The notes under the pieces are model-generated. The model had not been told where the DNA came from, searched no databases, and saw only the letters and a program-made list of their open reading frames with translations. Of a stretch of DNA of 64,000 nt, positions 51,418-61,285 are shown in pieces. The stretch covers positions 124,001-188,000 of IMG/VR virus record IMGVR_UViG_3300044797_000098. The stretch is one strand, 5' to 3'. A program made the translations under genes and the position numbers. Every line of letters starts with the position of its first letter. The first letter of the stretch is position 1.

Positions 51418-52398
51418 TTATGTATTATGCGCCCGTGCCACGGTGAGTACCCAAGCAATATCCAACCCTGTGTGTCCAGAATTAGTAACAATAACTTCAT
51501 GTTGCCATTGTGGCAAAGCTTTTCGTGGTATCAGTGCAGGTATAATTAAATCTAATGTACGAGATCCAAACATTTGTAATGATGTTACAGGATGAGTTAA
51601 TGGTATTTGAATAGTATATAAATCATATCCACCAAGCCTATTAAGGTTTGGAGTTATTGTTCCATATCCTATCCCATTAGAAGCATTAGTCCAGTCCCAA
51701 AAACCAGTACCGGTTAAATTTGGTACCGGTACAGCAGTAGCAAGATTTATGGAAGAATTAGTATTTACTCCGGGAATAATTAAAACGTTACCCGGGCCGG
51801 TCAAATTGACATTACCGGTTCCACTAACAGTTGTTACAGTTGTGGCGGGAGCATTCATCCAATAATCAATTTTATCTCCAAAGACCGCTCCAGTATAAGA
51901 GATTTGTCCACCCGCTAAATAGAGATAATCATTATGTTGCCACGTGATAGTAGTTGTAGCGGTGTAACCGTCATCACTAGAATAGTAAAATGGCGTTCCA
52001 TTACCATTACCAAGAGTAGGATCATCACCAGCACCAATTATTGTCATCTGCACGGTTGATGGGAATAGTGTTGGTAGAGTATTCAATCTACCATCGGAAG
52101 AGCGAGGAATGATTGATGAGTTGGCTGTTGACATATAATTGGTCAAAAAATCGGTAGTATCAAGATCGTTTTGTGTTTGGGAATAATCTAGATCAAATTG
52201 ATACCCAGTAGACATAGTCGAAAAAACAAGCTGTGTTTTGTATGCAATATTTTGATCGAAGGAAAATACGCAATACCCGTCCACACCAATAACATACTGA
52301 ACAGCTAAGCTTTTATTGATAATTATTTGCTTAAAATCTAACCATTTTAAAGAAACTACGGCTGGACTATTGAATTGGATTTGTTGAGCATATGACAT
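51418..52398 (-). CDS. Hypothetical virion protein (326 aa)
   Basis: Beta/Thr/Gly-rich; two DGY motifs; within decoration/fibre block. Confidence 0.55.
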   Translation of the reverse strand: MSYAQQIQFNSPAVVSLKWLDFKQIIINKSLAVQYVIGVDGYCVFSFDQNIAYKTQLVFSTMSTGYQFDLDYSQTQNDLDTTDFLTNYMSTANSSIIPRSSDGRLNTLPTLFPSTVQMTIIGAGDDPTLGNGNGTPFYYSSDDGYTATTTITWQHNDYLYLAGGQISYTGAVFGDKIDYWMNAPATTVTTVSGTGNVNLTGPGNVLIIPGVNTNSSINLATAVPVPNLTGTGFWDWTNASNGIGYGTITPNLNRLGGYDLYTIQIPLTHPVTSLQMFGSRTLDLIIPALIPRKALPQWQHEVIVTNSGHTGLDIAWVLTVARAHNT

Positions 52399-52414
52399 AA
52401 CTATCCTAAATTAT

Positions 52415-52852
52415 TTAGTAATAAGGAATAAATTGCACTGTGCCATTTATTTTGATCTGTAGATAGCCTGCGGGCGTAGTTGGTAATGGATCGGCAGCAC
52501 CTGCTGACGGCGCTGTTGTGGTGACAGGAAATCCGTTCACAAGCAAATTGCCAGATGAGCTATCAATGGTTATAGAATATTGACCAGTTGCTCCGGCAGA
52601 TATTATAATTTCTCCACCTGCAACAGCAGAAGATATGGTGATAACACCATTATTTGTTATAGATGATGGCACGATGCTAGCCACATTTAATGATCCACTA
52701 TTTATATAAATAGGTCCATTTAAAGTAGAACCACCCGGCGCGTATTCATTTGCACCAGCCCCATAAATTAACCACTGACCATCAGTTGGTCTGTTTGGCG
52801 ATACTGCGTTTCCTTGGATTGCTGCAACTACGTTGTTTTTTAAATCTGACAT
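52415..52852 (-). CDS. Short fibre-like protein (145 aa)
   Basis: IQGNAVSPNRPTDGQWLIY motif like 48687; C-terminal PAGYLQIKINGTVQFIPYY; SD AGGAG. Confidence 0.6.
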   Translation of the reverse strand: MSDLKNNVVAAIQGNAVSPNRPTDGQWLIYGAGANEYAPGGSTLNGPIYINSGSLNVASIVPSSITNNGVITISSAVAGGEIIISAGATGQYSITIDSSSGNLLVNGFPVTTTAPSAGAADPLPTTPAGYLQIKINGTVQFIPYY

Positions 52853-52873
52853 AATGTCTCCTGTGTTTATTTG

Positions 52874-55800
52874 TTATTCAAAATATCCATTTACAAGTAT
52901 CGTGCCACGAGTCACTCCCGTAGTAGTTCCATAAAGATGTTTACATATGATTAGGAAATACATTCCAGGCTGTACCACCAATGGACAAGTAAATGTTTGT
53001 TGTATTGGTGTACCCGTATAAATAGTTCCAATGGGAGCATTCACTGCGGCTGTAAATATACCTAATGAATATCTATATCCTGTTGCTGCAGTTGGGTTAT
53101 TAGAATTAGCGATCATAAAACTCCATTCTTGAATATTTAAAGTACCACCTAATGCAGTGGTGACGAATGGTTGAGGCATATACAATTCAGTAATGTAAAG
53201 AGAATATGGTGAAGGAACTTGATATCCAAAAATACCATATTGAGTTTCCCCTCCTCCCGCCTGACCAATATCAAAATCTCCGCCTAACGTGGTATAATTA
53301 ACGCCTGAAGAGGTAAGAACAGCAGCCGATGGGGCAGTAGTAAAGATTTGTCCAGTCTGCGCGAAGGTAATGGGATCAATACCGGATGATTTACCAGCAC
53401 CACCTAATTGCTGAGCCCACGGCTTGTTTGAATTAACTTCGTATCGCCATGCTTGGAAGGAAGTGATTTTCAATTGAGGGGCAGCTCCAGCCGCACCTGA
53501 ATTATAGACTCGTGCAAATGATGGTATGTGTGAGGTCAAAGAAGCTTCAGGAGTGGTAACTGGAATTGCTTCATAGACATCTACGATAGGAATACCGCCA
53601 GAGTCCTCGATGATGAATCGTGAACCCCCATCATCTATACTAACTAAAAACAAATAATAATGTGTAGTAGTCAAAGTTGCTATAACAGCTGAAACAGTTT
53701 CCGTACCGTTGTAACTGGTAACACATTTAACCTGACCGCTATTTTGGATGCGGAAAAAGGCACCGTTATTGATGATAGCAGTCGTTCCAGATGGTGCCCC
53801 AAATCCTAACTCAATAGTGGAGTTAGTAGTTTGAGTAGCTAATGCCCTAAAGGCACACTCGATTGGGGATTCACTATATATAGCAAATTGAGTAGTAGAG
53901 GTAATAATAGCATCAGTCGTAGTGGTAGTAGTGGAGTTGTTATTAAGTGTTAAAATGCCACTAGCTTGTACTGTCGTCATCGTGGTATTGCTGGTTGTCC
54001 ATAACCAAGTATTGATCGTTGATTGTTCAACCATATCCAATGCTAATAAGGTTTTGTCTCCTGGTACCGTGTAGCTTAGCCTGTCTAGTCGTGGAATTCT
54101 ACCAACCCCGGATGATTGACCAATAGTAGGCTGACCAGATTGAACACCGGCAGTCATGGCTGATCTGTCTACAACAAGTTCGGTACTATTGGGCGACATA
54201 GTGACAACTAGCGCCGGATCAGTTGCAACTGCCGCAGTAGAAGCTGCTTTTACCGCTGCAGTATTTGTACCATCTGTAACTTTACCAGTGACACGTAAAT
54301 CACCGGTCGTATTTAGCGAAAGAGGATTGAGAGTACCAGTTGAATATGTTGGAGCCGAAGTTGTTACGGAACCACCGTCTTGTGCAACTACTGGTGGCAA
54401 TGATGAGCCGGCGGCTCCACCAAACAACACAGTAGGATCATCTAACTGAACAGCGCGTAAATTACAAGTAGCAGTCCCAGAAGTGTAAGCAGAAACCCTA
54501 ACACGAACATGAGAAGAACCACCAGCACCAACTATTGTTTTTGTTGTAGCAGTATTAGAAGAACCAAATACCACGCTTGCCATGATATTACTAGTTATTG
54601 GATCATCAAAAAAAGTTGATACCCAGGTAGTGCCACCGTCCATTGATATTTCAGGAACAATGGTACCGATCAATGAACCAGCAACCAATTGCATACCAGC
54701 TGTTCTCTCGCCTGCCACTGCCAACTGGACAGTAGCATTTAATGCACCAAGAGTACCAGTACCAGTTGAATCATTTGTCGTGAATGCTAAAGAGTTATTT
54801 GGGCTTATCGCTACAACTAACGCAGGATCAGTTGCAACTGCAGCAGTACTTGGAGCTTTAACTGCTACCGGTCCGTTAGTACCATCAGTAATTTTTTGTG
54901 ACCAGGCATTTGCTAACGTATTAGCAGTTCCTTGATTTACCGTACCAATTGAATTAGTACCGGTTGGTAATGGAGAGTTAGGAGATAATCCAACAACTAA
55001 CGCTTCCTGAGAAGCGGTAGCTGCGGTACTTGCTAACGTTACGCCTAGAAAATTTTGATTAGAATCAACTAGCGCAGTATTAGTTTGAAGATTAATACCA
55101 TTACCTTGATAGGCAATCATCACGTGACTGCCTTGTCCAGCACTCCAAGTAACAGTTGCGGTACCAGAAGTCCAGGCAGTTGCAATTAATCTTGCTTGAG
55201 TCCAACCGGCAGCATTCATTTCTACAGTTCCGTTAATAGTAACGGATTGTGTAATTAAACCTGACTGATTAGAAAGGGCGGCAACATTGATCCATGTACC
55301 ATCTCCATTAGTAGCTTGAGTTGTTAATGTTCCTGCCCAAGTTCCAGTTATATCAAAAATTATTGAACCATACCCAGCCGCTGTAGCAACAACATTGCCA
55401 TTTAAAGCTGCAACAGTTCCAGAACCAGTTGCATTTGATTGAGCAATACTGTTTGGAGATAATGTAACAACTAACGCAGGATCAGTTGCAACTGCAGCAG
55501 TACTTGGAGCTTTAACTGCTACCGGTCCGTTAGTACCATCAGTAATTTTTTGTGACCAGGCATTTGCTAACGTATTAGCAGTTCCTTGATTTACCGTACC
55601 AATTGAATTAGTACCGGTTGGTAATGGAGAGTTAGGAGATAATCCAACAACTAACGCTTCCTGAGAAGCGGTAGCTGCGGTACTTGCTGGAGTAACACCT
55701 AATGCATTGCCAGTTGAATCGATAAGTTGAGAATTAGTTAGAAAATTGGCACCACTGTTAGACCAAACATAACTCCAATGATTAAAAACAGCAGATCCCC

Positions 55801-56689
55801 AAGTTATATTAGCGGTACCAGAAGTCCACGCTGTAGCGGTTAAACGAACTTGAGCAAACCCGGCACAATTTAATTCGACGGCACCGTTTGCCGTAGTGGA
55901 ATTAACTATGGTACCGCCAATGCTTAACAATGCGCTAATGGTAAACCACACTCCGTCGCCGTTATGACCTTGCACCGTAAGCGTACCACTCCAAGTACCG
56001 GAAACATTGAAAATACAAGTACCATAACCAGCTGTACTGGCAATTACGGATTGGCTTAATGCAGTTATAGTTCCAGATCCTGTAAGGCTGCTTTGTGCGA
56101 CGCTATTAGGAGATAACGCAACAACTAATGCAGGATCTGCTGCAACAGGAGAGGTATTCGGAGCCTTAACTGCTACCGGTCCGTTAGTACCATCAGTAAT
56201 TTTTTGAGACCAAGCATTAGCTAATACGTTAGCAGTTCCTTGATTTACTGTACCGATTGAATTAGTGCCGGTTGGTAATGGAGAGTTTGGAGAAAATGCA
56301 ACAACCAATGATGGATCGGTTGCAACGGCAGCAGTTGAAGCAGCTTTTACTGCTGAAGTATTAGTACCATCTGTAACTTTAATTGGCCAAGCATTAGCCA
56401 ATGTGTTTGCTGTTCCTTGATTTGCAGTAACCGTACCAGCAACCGTTACGGCTGTACCGCTTGTAACACCTTGAATACTTACAACACCGCCAGCAGGAGT
56501 TCCTGCAACGCCATCACCAACAATTATTATGTTACCAGATGAGTCTACTTTAATGAAACGAGAATTAGTTCCATCTGATCCTGCTGCTATTAATGCTGGC
56601 GTATTTGCTGGAATTGCTGTGGCGTTTTGTACAGAAAGCTCTATGCCATTACTTCCATATAGTTCCGCGCCTGGTGAATCTGATGACAT
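52874..56689 (-). CDS. Large repetitive fibre/decoration protein (1271 aa) with 218-aa periodic modules
   Basis: Repeated NSPLPTGTNSIGTVNQGTAN.LANAWSQKITDGTNGPVAVKA linkers alternating with G.W.GTL...W...RL.ATAWTSGTA beta domains. Confidence 0.75.
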   Translation of the reverse strand: MSSDSPGAELYGSNGIELSVQNATAIPANTPALIAAGSDGTNSRFIKVDSSGNIIIVGDGVAGTPAGGVVSIQGVTSGTAVTVAGTVTANQGTANTLANAWPIKVTDGTNTSAVKAASTAAVATDPSLVVAFSPNSPLPTGTNSIGTVNQGTANVLANAWSQKITDGTNGPVAVKAPNTSPVAADPALVVALSPNSVAQSSLTGSGTITALSQSVIASTAGYGTCIFNVSGTWSGTLTVQGHNGDGVWFTISALLSIGGTIVNSTTANGAVELNCAGFAQVRLTATAWTSGTANITWGSAVFNHWSYVWSNSGANFLTNSQLIDSTGNALGVTPASTAATASQEALVVGLSPNSPLPTGTNSIGTVNQGTANTLANAWSQKITDGTNGPVAVKAPSTAAVATDPALVVTLSPNSIAQSNATGSGTVAALNGNVVATAAGYGSIIFDITGTWAGTLTTQATNGDGTWINVAALSNQSGLITQSVTINGTVEMNAAGWTQARLIATAWTSGTATVTWSAGQGSHVMIAYQGNGINLQTNTALVDSNQNFLGVTLASTAATASQEALVVGLSPNSPLPTGTNSIGTVNQGTANTLANAWSQKITDGTNGPVAVKAPSTAAVATDPALVVAISPNNSLAFTTNDSTGTGTLGALNATVQLAVAGERTAGMQLVAGSLIGTIVPEISMDGGTTWVSTFFDDPITSNIMASVVFGSSNTATTKTIVGAGGSSHVRVRVSAYTSGTATCNLRAVQLDDPTVLFGGAAGSSLPPVVAQDGGSVTTSAPTYSTGTLNPLSLNTTGDLRVTGKVTDGTNTAAVKAASTAAVATDPALVVTMSPNSTELVVDRSAMTAGVQSGQPTIGQSSGVGRIPRLDRLSYTVPGDKTLLALDMVEQSTINTWLWTTSNTTMTTVQASGILTLNNNSTTTTTTDAIITSTTQFAIYSESPIECAFRALATQTTNSTIELGFGAPSGTTAIINNGAFFRIQNSGQVKCVTSYNGTETVSAVIATLTTTHYYLFLVSIDDGGSRFIIEDSGGIPIVDVYEAIPVTTPEASLTSHIPSFARVYNSGAAGAAPQLKITSFQAWRYEVNSNKPWAQQLGGAGKSSGIDPITFAQTGQIFTTAPSAAVLTSSGVNYTTLGGDFDIGQAGGGETQYGIFGYQVPSPYSLYITELYMPQPFVTTALGGTLNIQEWSFMIANSNNPTAATGYRYSLGIFTAAVNAPIGTIYTGTPIQQTFTCPLVVQPGMYFLIICKHLYGTTTGVTRGTILVNGYFE
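54813..56300. repeat. Direct repeats with 654-bp period; 54813..55034 and 55467..55688 identical over 222 bp; diverged third copy from 56121
   Basis: Base-by-base comparison of the two copies. Confidence 0.95.
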
Positions 56690-56759
56690 GTTTCCTATTT
56701 AAGTTGCTTGAATGATCTGCTAATTAAATGTCGATTGATGCCTATTTATATTTTCATTA

Positions 56760-56797
56760 AACTAAAAACCCTAGGGTTTTTAGTTGTAGGGTTTTTA
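56760..56797. promoter_or_regulatory. Perfect 26-bp palindrome plus duplicated half-site
   Basis: AACTAAAAACCCTAGGGTTTTTAGTT (56760..56785); TAGGGTTTTTA occurs again at 56787..56797. Confidence 0.65.
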
Positions 56798-56828
56798 TAA
56801 TATTATATATCAGATTATGGCGAGTTCA

Positions 56829-58145
56829 TCATGTCCACTCGGTAACACGTAATGATCCCACGGCCGTTGTCCAAATTGCATTACACTGACCAGTATAGTT
56901 TAGATTTAAATCCGTATATGAATTTGGAAGTAATCTAATCGTATACGCAGTATTTGATGCAGCAGTTGCTGAAATAGCAAGAAAGCATACAGACGAACTA
57001 TCATTATAGAACGCTGCACTTATCCTATTCGCATTAGATGCAAGAGCAGTCACGCTTGAAGTCGAAGCAGCAACGCTTGTCATTGTACCAACTGTTGATT
57101 TATCTACAGTTAATGTACCTGATACTGGAATTGCAGTACCACCAGAAATACCTTGTATTGTTACAACGCCAGTTGCTGGTGTACCAGCTGTACCTGTGCC
57201 AGTTACTGGTTGAGTAACACTTGAACCATCAACACGTAAATTACCAACGGTTGTTAGTGACAGTGCACTTAATTGTCCTGTTGTATATGATGGAGCGGAA
57301 GTTGTTACAGCAGCACCGATGAATGTTACGTCGCTTGTTGGTGTAGTCGCATTGACTGGATACACGCCATCAATACGAAGCAGACCAGCTGTTGTTAGTG
57401 ACAGCGGATCCATTTGTCCATTAGTATAAGCTGGAGCGGATGTATTAACTAAAGCACCCATATAAGTTGCTGAAGATGGAGGAGAAGCAGCTGTTGCCGA
57501 AACTGAAGAGTTATTATAGTTACCAGTACCAGCGTTGGCTGTAACAGTACCAGAAACTGGTTGTGTGACAGCAGAACCATCTACGCGTAATGCACCAGCT
57601 GTAGTGAGTGATAGAGCACTCATCTGACCAGTTGTATAAGTTGGAGATGATGTTGTTACAGAACCACCAACAAATGCTAAATCTGTTGTTGCAGTTGGAG
57701 CAGTTTGTCCTGGATATACACCGTCAATACGTAATTGACCAGATGTAGTAAGTGACAAAGAATTCATAGTATTATTTGAATACGCAGGAGCAGCAGTTGT
57801 TACAGATCCACCCATAAGCTCTGCCGATGATGGAGCAGCAGAACCCGTGCTTGAAACTGCACCGCTATTAAATACACCAGAAGATGTATTGACTAGTACC
57901 GAGGTCATACCTGAGATACCTTGGATTGTTAGTACACCGGTTGCTGCTGAACCGGCAGTACCTGAGCCAGCGACTAACAAGTCGCCAACATTGTTAACTG
58001 CAACAAGTTGTGCTAATCCAGTTGAGTAATTATACCCATCAATTAGTAAACCTGGTTGAGTAGACCCTACTGAGGATCCGTTAGGGGCGCTAATCTCAAC
58101 GCCCAACGATGAATAAATTATTGACGCTGGTGATTCTGAAGACAT
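56829..58145 (-). CDS. Repetitive fibre/decoration protein (438 aa), paralogous to 52874..56689
   Basis: Shared N-terminus MSS.SP...Y...G.E.S; four repeats G..VTT.AP.YT.GQM..LSLTT.G.LR.DG. Confidence 0.7.
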   Translation of the reverse strand: MSSESPASIIYSSLGVEISAPNGSSVGSTQPGLLIDGYNYSTGLAQLVAVNNVGDLLVAGSGTAGSAATGVLTIQGISGMTSVLVNTSSGVFNSGAVSSTGSAAPSSAELMGGSVTTAAPAYSNNTMNSLSLTTSGQLRIDGVYPGQTAPTATTDLAFVGGSVTTSSPTYTTGQMSALSLTTAGALRVDGSAVTQPVSGTVTANAGTGNYNNSSVSATAASPPSSATYMGALVNTSAPAYTNGQMDPLSLTTAGLLRIDGVYPVNATTPTSDVTFIGAAVTTSAPSYTTGQLSALSLTTVGNLRVDGSSVTQPVTGTGTAGTPATGVVTIQGISGGTAIPVSGTLTVDKSTVGTMTSVAASTSSVTALASNANRISAAFYNDSSSVCFLAISATAASNTAYTIRLLPNSYTDLNLNYTGQCNAIWTTAVGSLRVTEWT

Positions 58146-58212
58146 GTTAGACCTTTCGGTAGATCGTTGTTATTTGTTGGTCTTACAATTATATACAATA
58201 ATATTACATATT

Positions 58213-58962
58213 TTATAAATTAATATGTCTTGTACGAGAAGTTTCGAATGGACCGCTATAGACTATAGTATCTGTTAAACTTTCTATAATTGTCACACCA
58301 TCTGTTCCATACATATTCCAAGTTATATTTATTGGAAATGGGATACTCCAAGTAATTATTTTTTCAATAATCTTTTTAGTTTTTGTATTATCATTATACC
58401 AAACTATATTAGTTGGAAACGGATTAGCAAATGGGGTTACTTCTTTATACGCATTAACTGCGAATAAATCGCCTGGACCTTCACTAATAAAATGGATTAA
58501 CTGCCGTAGTGTTTCGTGACTTGTTGGCTGTACAGCATTTTGATCAATATCTTTAATCGCCCCTTGAACATTGGTAGCATCAGTAATTGTTAAACCGGTT
58601 GGATTAAAACCTACTAATCCAGCTCCTACTGGAAACATAAAATCTACATACCCACCAGTTGAATTATTTATTGATTCAACAACTGTAAAAACAGTATCAC
58701 TTACTATACTAGCAATAGTATAATATCCATCCGCTCCAGATGAACCAAAAATATAAGCAATATCTCCTGCTTGAGCCGGATGATCAAATGCTGGTAATAA
58801 AAGACCTTCACCATCAGAAATAGGACTTACTACAACAGTTTGAGTGATGGATGTTGTACTAGCACTAGACACAGAGCTTAGATATACAGAATAACCATCA
58901 GAGAAAAGCTCCTGAGGTGATATTATATCTGAACGAAATATATCACTTTTTCTAATAGGCAT
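58213..58962 (-). CDS. Hypothetical virion protein (249 aa)
   Basis: AGDIAYIFGS..ADGYYTIASIVSDT beta module; ATNVQGAIKDI fibre-type motif. Confidence 0.55.
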   Translation of the reverse strand: MPIRKSDIFRSDIISPQELFSDGYSVYLSSVSSASTTSITQTVVVSPISDGEGLLLPAFDHPAQAGDIAYIFGSSGADGYYTIASIVSDTVFTVVESINNSTGGYVDFMFPVGAGLVGFNPTGLTITDATNVQGAIKDIDQNAVQPTSHETLRQLIHFISEGPGDLFAVNAYKEVTPFANPFPTNIVWYNDNTKTKKIIEKIITWSIPFPINITWNMYGTDGVTIIESLTDTIVYSGPFETSRTRHINL

Positions 58963-59043
58963 TATTATCCTGCATCAATAAATATATGATAGTAGCCATT
59001 TGATCTACTAAAATATGATTTTATTGACATTGCAATAAAACTA

Positions 59044-59463
59044 TTATTTTTTCTTTGATTTTTGTTTCTTTACTTCCACAACTTCGTCCGAAGCATTATT
59101 TTCCTTATCTTTCTTTAGAACTTCGGCCTCTTTCTCTGAATGTTCCGCTTTCATAACGAAAGCATTAATAACATTATATACGATGCTTCCCATCGAAGCA
59201 AACGCACCAGCTTGCCCATCCAATGTCGATGCTTGCTTTCTTAAATTTTCTGCTTGGGAAACACATTGTTGTCTATTTCGTTCGGCATCATTCATAACTT
59301 GAATTAATAATGCTTCAATTATATCTTTATTATCTATATTAAAAACACTATGTGATACAGCATCTGCAACGCGTTTTCGTAATTTTAGAATCTCTTCTCC
59401 ATAACTCATATTATATTTCCTTTCTTTTTTTCTTGTGCAATATGTTGCGCTACTATCAAGCAA
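59044..59463 (-). CDS. Coiled-coil hypothetical protein (true start probably MSYGEE at 59409)
   Basis: ATGA overlap with upstream stop at 59406-59409; helical composition. Confidence 0.6.
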   Translation of the reverse strand: MLDSSATYCTRKKERKYNMSYGEEILKLRKRVADAVSHSVFNIDNKDIIEALLIQVMNDAERNRQQCVSQAENLRKQASTLDGQAGAFASMGSIVYNVINAFVMKAEHSEKEAEVLKKDKENNASDEVVEVKKQKSKKK

Positions 59464-59636
59464 GGCTCACACACTACTAAATTATCTATATCACTACCAC
59501 TAACAATATAAAATTTAGTTGGTTCTTCTGGTAAGTCTGGTCCATTACGACGGAACATTTTTGGAGCTTTATGTCCAGACGAACACCAATGATTAAACGG
59601 TGCTGGAATTTCTCTATATGTTAAATCTGCTTTCAT
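59406..59636 (-). CDS. Small Cys/His protein, possibly Zn-binding (76 aa)
   Basis: WCSSGH...VCEPC; SD AAGGA. Confidence 0.6.
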   Translation of the reverse strand: MKADLTYREIPAPFNHWCSSGHKAPKMFRRNGPDLPEEPTKFYIVSGSDIDNLVVCEPCLIVAQHIAQEKKKGNII

Positions 59637-59644
59637 ATATTCCT

Positions 59645-59681
59645 TAAAATAAAAAGAGAATAGGTTTCTCTATTCTCTTTT
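59645..59681 (-). terminator. Intrinsic terminator-like hairpin
   Basis: AAAAGAGAATAG-AGAAAC-CTATTCTCTTTT then TATTTT, downstream of the 500-aa gene. Confidence 0.65.
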
Positions 59682-59703
59682 ATATATCAGAACTTATTTA
59701 TTT

Positions 59704-61206
59704 TTAGACTATGAAATAGTCTATGATATCACCAGATCTTTGTGTAGCGAAGAATGTTACCGATGTAGTTGATGTTTCAGTATAATCAGCACTTTGAGTT
59801 ATAAGTCCTGGATGACGAAGCACTCCACGAGTGTATAAATACAAGCCACGACCATTGTTAGTTCCATCTAATACATATGTTAATCCACCTGGAAGCGTGT
59901 GTGGCGTTCCTGGTGATAGATCGGCTCCAAGCAACTCAATAGTACGAGTTATTGTACTTGCAGAAATTGCATTTGATAGCGCCTGTAATGATGCCGTTAT
60001 TGTTTGACCGCTTGTTAGAATTGGTCCGGTATATGTCTCATTACCAATTTGACTATTTAGTGTATTGAGTGCCTGAACAACTGTTGGAGTTGCATTTGGC
60101 AAGAAGTAAAATGGGAAGTATTGAGAAGTATTGTTTACTAACCCAGCAAGACTGTTATAGCCATCTGGAATACCAGTTGCACTTACGAGGTCATTAATCT
60201 CATTTAGATTTGAAGCATCTGTTAAAATACCAAGAGCAGGTACAGTTCTAAATGCATTTACATCTAGAAGATCAAGTCGTTCACTATAACCATATAACAT
60301 ATTTACTGTTAATGATTGACCAGATTCCCAAGTGTATGGTGTGTTCGTTGTTACGAAACTATCTGGGAATGGAGATGAATAGAAGTGAACTTCAACCGAA
60401 TTTGGTGAAGTAGACGCGCCAGCATATGTAACACCGAAGATTCTTTCACCAGCATGAGCTCCAGAAAGAACAACCATCTCATCACCGGTATTATAACCGT
60501 CAACTATGTGTACATAGCATGATGCCCAATCACCAGTAAATGGTGCAGCATCAAAACATGGAACACCAGTTTGATTTACAGTATCTGCATGTTTGAAATT
60601 GCCAGCAGATGTGAGAGTTACTTGTGTATAACCATCTTGAACGGCAACACCAAATATTCCACGATTTACGTTATATGCAACGGCATCTGTAGTTTTTGTT
60701 GCAATGTTTGATAGATTTGCTGGAACGTTAGTGCCAACAGCTGTTGGTCGTTGATATGTTGGGATTGGTGCATCGTAACCAACACCCTTGATTGCAGCGC
60801 GGTCTGTACGTTCGTAGTTAAGATCATCTTGTAGACTGTATGGATTTCGTTCTGTCCAGGTTATTGCTCCGTTATTTGTATCTCCTGCTACGGCATTTGG
60901 ATTTGATACTGTGACCGATGTGCCTGATATAAAAGAATCGATTAGGAATGTTCCGTTGTTTCCGGAGCTTGCTGCACCGGATATTGTTAGAAAATGTCCA
61001 ACCGATGTGGCTGTCATACCACTTAGACCAGTAATAGTTGCATCCCCGGCGCTCACAGTAGTGATACTGGCAGCCGAACCAGATTGTGCAAATATGCCAA
61101 CGCCAAGAAAATTGGACTCATCGGCAAGTACCATATTTGATGTTTGAAATAACGAACCAGCTATATCTAAAGCTTGGTCAAGTGCATTAAGTCTATATGA
61201 AGCCAT
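59704..61206 (-). CDS. Virion structural/decoration protein (500 aa)
   Basis: VGHFLTISGA...NNGTFLI beta module; three DGY; C-terminal LYLYTRGVL...DYTETSTTSVTF...GDII module; SD AAGGA. Confidence 0.6.
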   Translation of the reverse strand: MASYRLNALDQALDIAGSLFQTSNMVLADESNFLGVGIFAQSGSAASITTVSAGDATITGLSGMTATSVGHFLTISGAASSGNNGTFLIDSFISGTSVTVSNPNAVAGDTNNGAITWTERNPYSLQDDLNYERTDRAAIKGVGYDAPIPTYQRPTAVGTNVPANLSNIATKTTDAVAYNVNRGIFGVAVQDGYTQVTLTSAGNFKHADTVNQTGVPCFDAAPFTGDWASCYVHIVDGYNTGDEMVVLSGAHAGERIFGVTYAGASTSPNSVEVHFYSSPFPDSFVTTNTPYTWESGQSLTVNMLYGYSERLDLLDVNAFRTVPALGILTDASNLNEINDLVSATGIPDGYNSLAGLVNNTSQYFPFYFLPNATPTVVQALNTLNSQIGNETYTGPILTSGQTITASLQALSNAISASTITRTIELLGADLSPGTPHTLPGGLTYVLDGTNNGRGLYLYTRGVLRHPGLITQSADYTETSTTSVTFFATQRSGDIIDYFIV

Positions 61207-61285
61207 TGCTTTCCTTGTTGATTATAAAATTGATATGATCTTTCTTACTCAATATCAAATTATTACCCATATAAATAAAAAAATA

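Noticed and set aside
54813-56300. CRISPR array or diversity-generating retroelement TR/VR pair
   Set aside because: Repeats are 222 bp, in frame within a CDS and identical, with no adenine-specific differences; no cas or reverse transcriptase gene in the window
56743-56750. T4 late promoter TATAAATA (also at 47434..47441)
   Set aside because: Only two intergenic copies noticed in very AT-rich DNA; the YAATAA-N4-RYAT motif explains more gene starts
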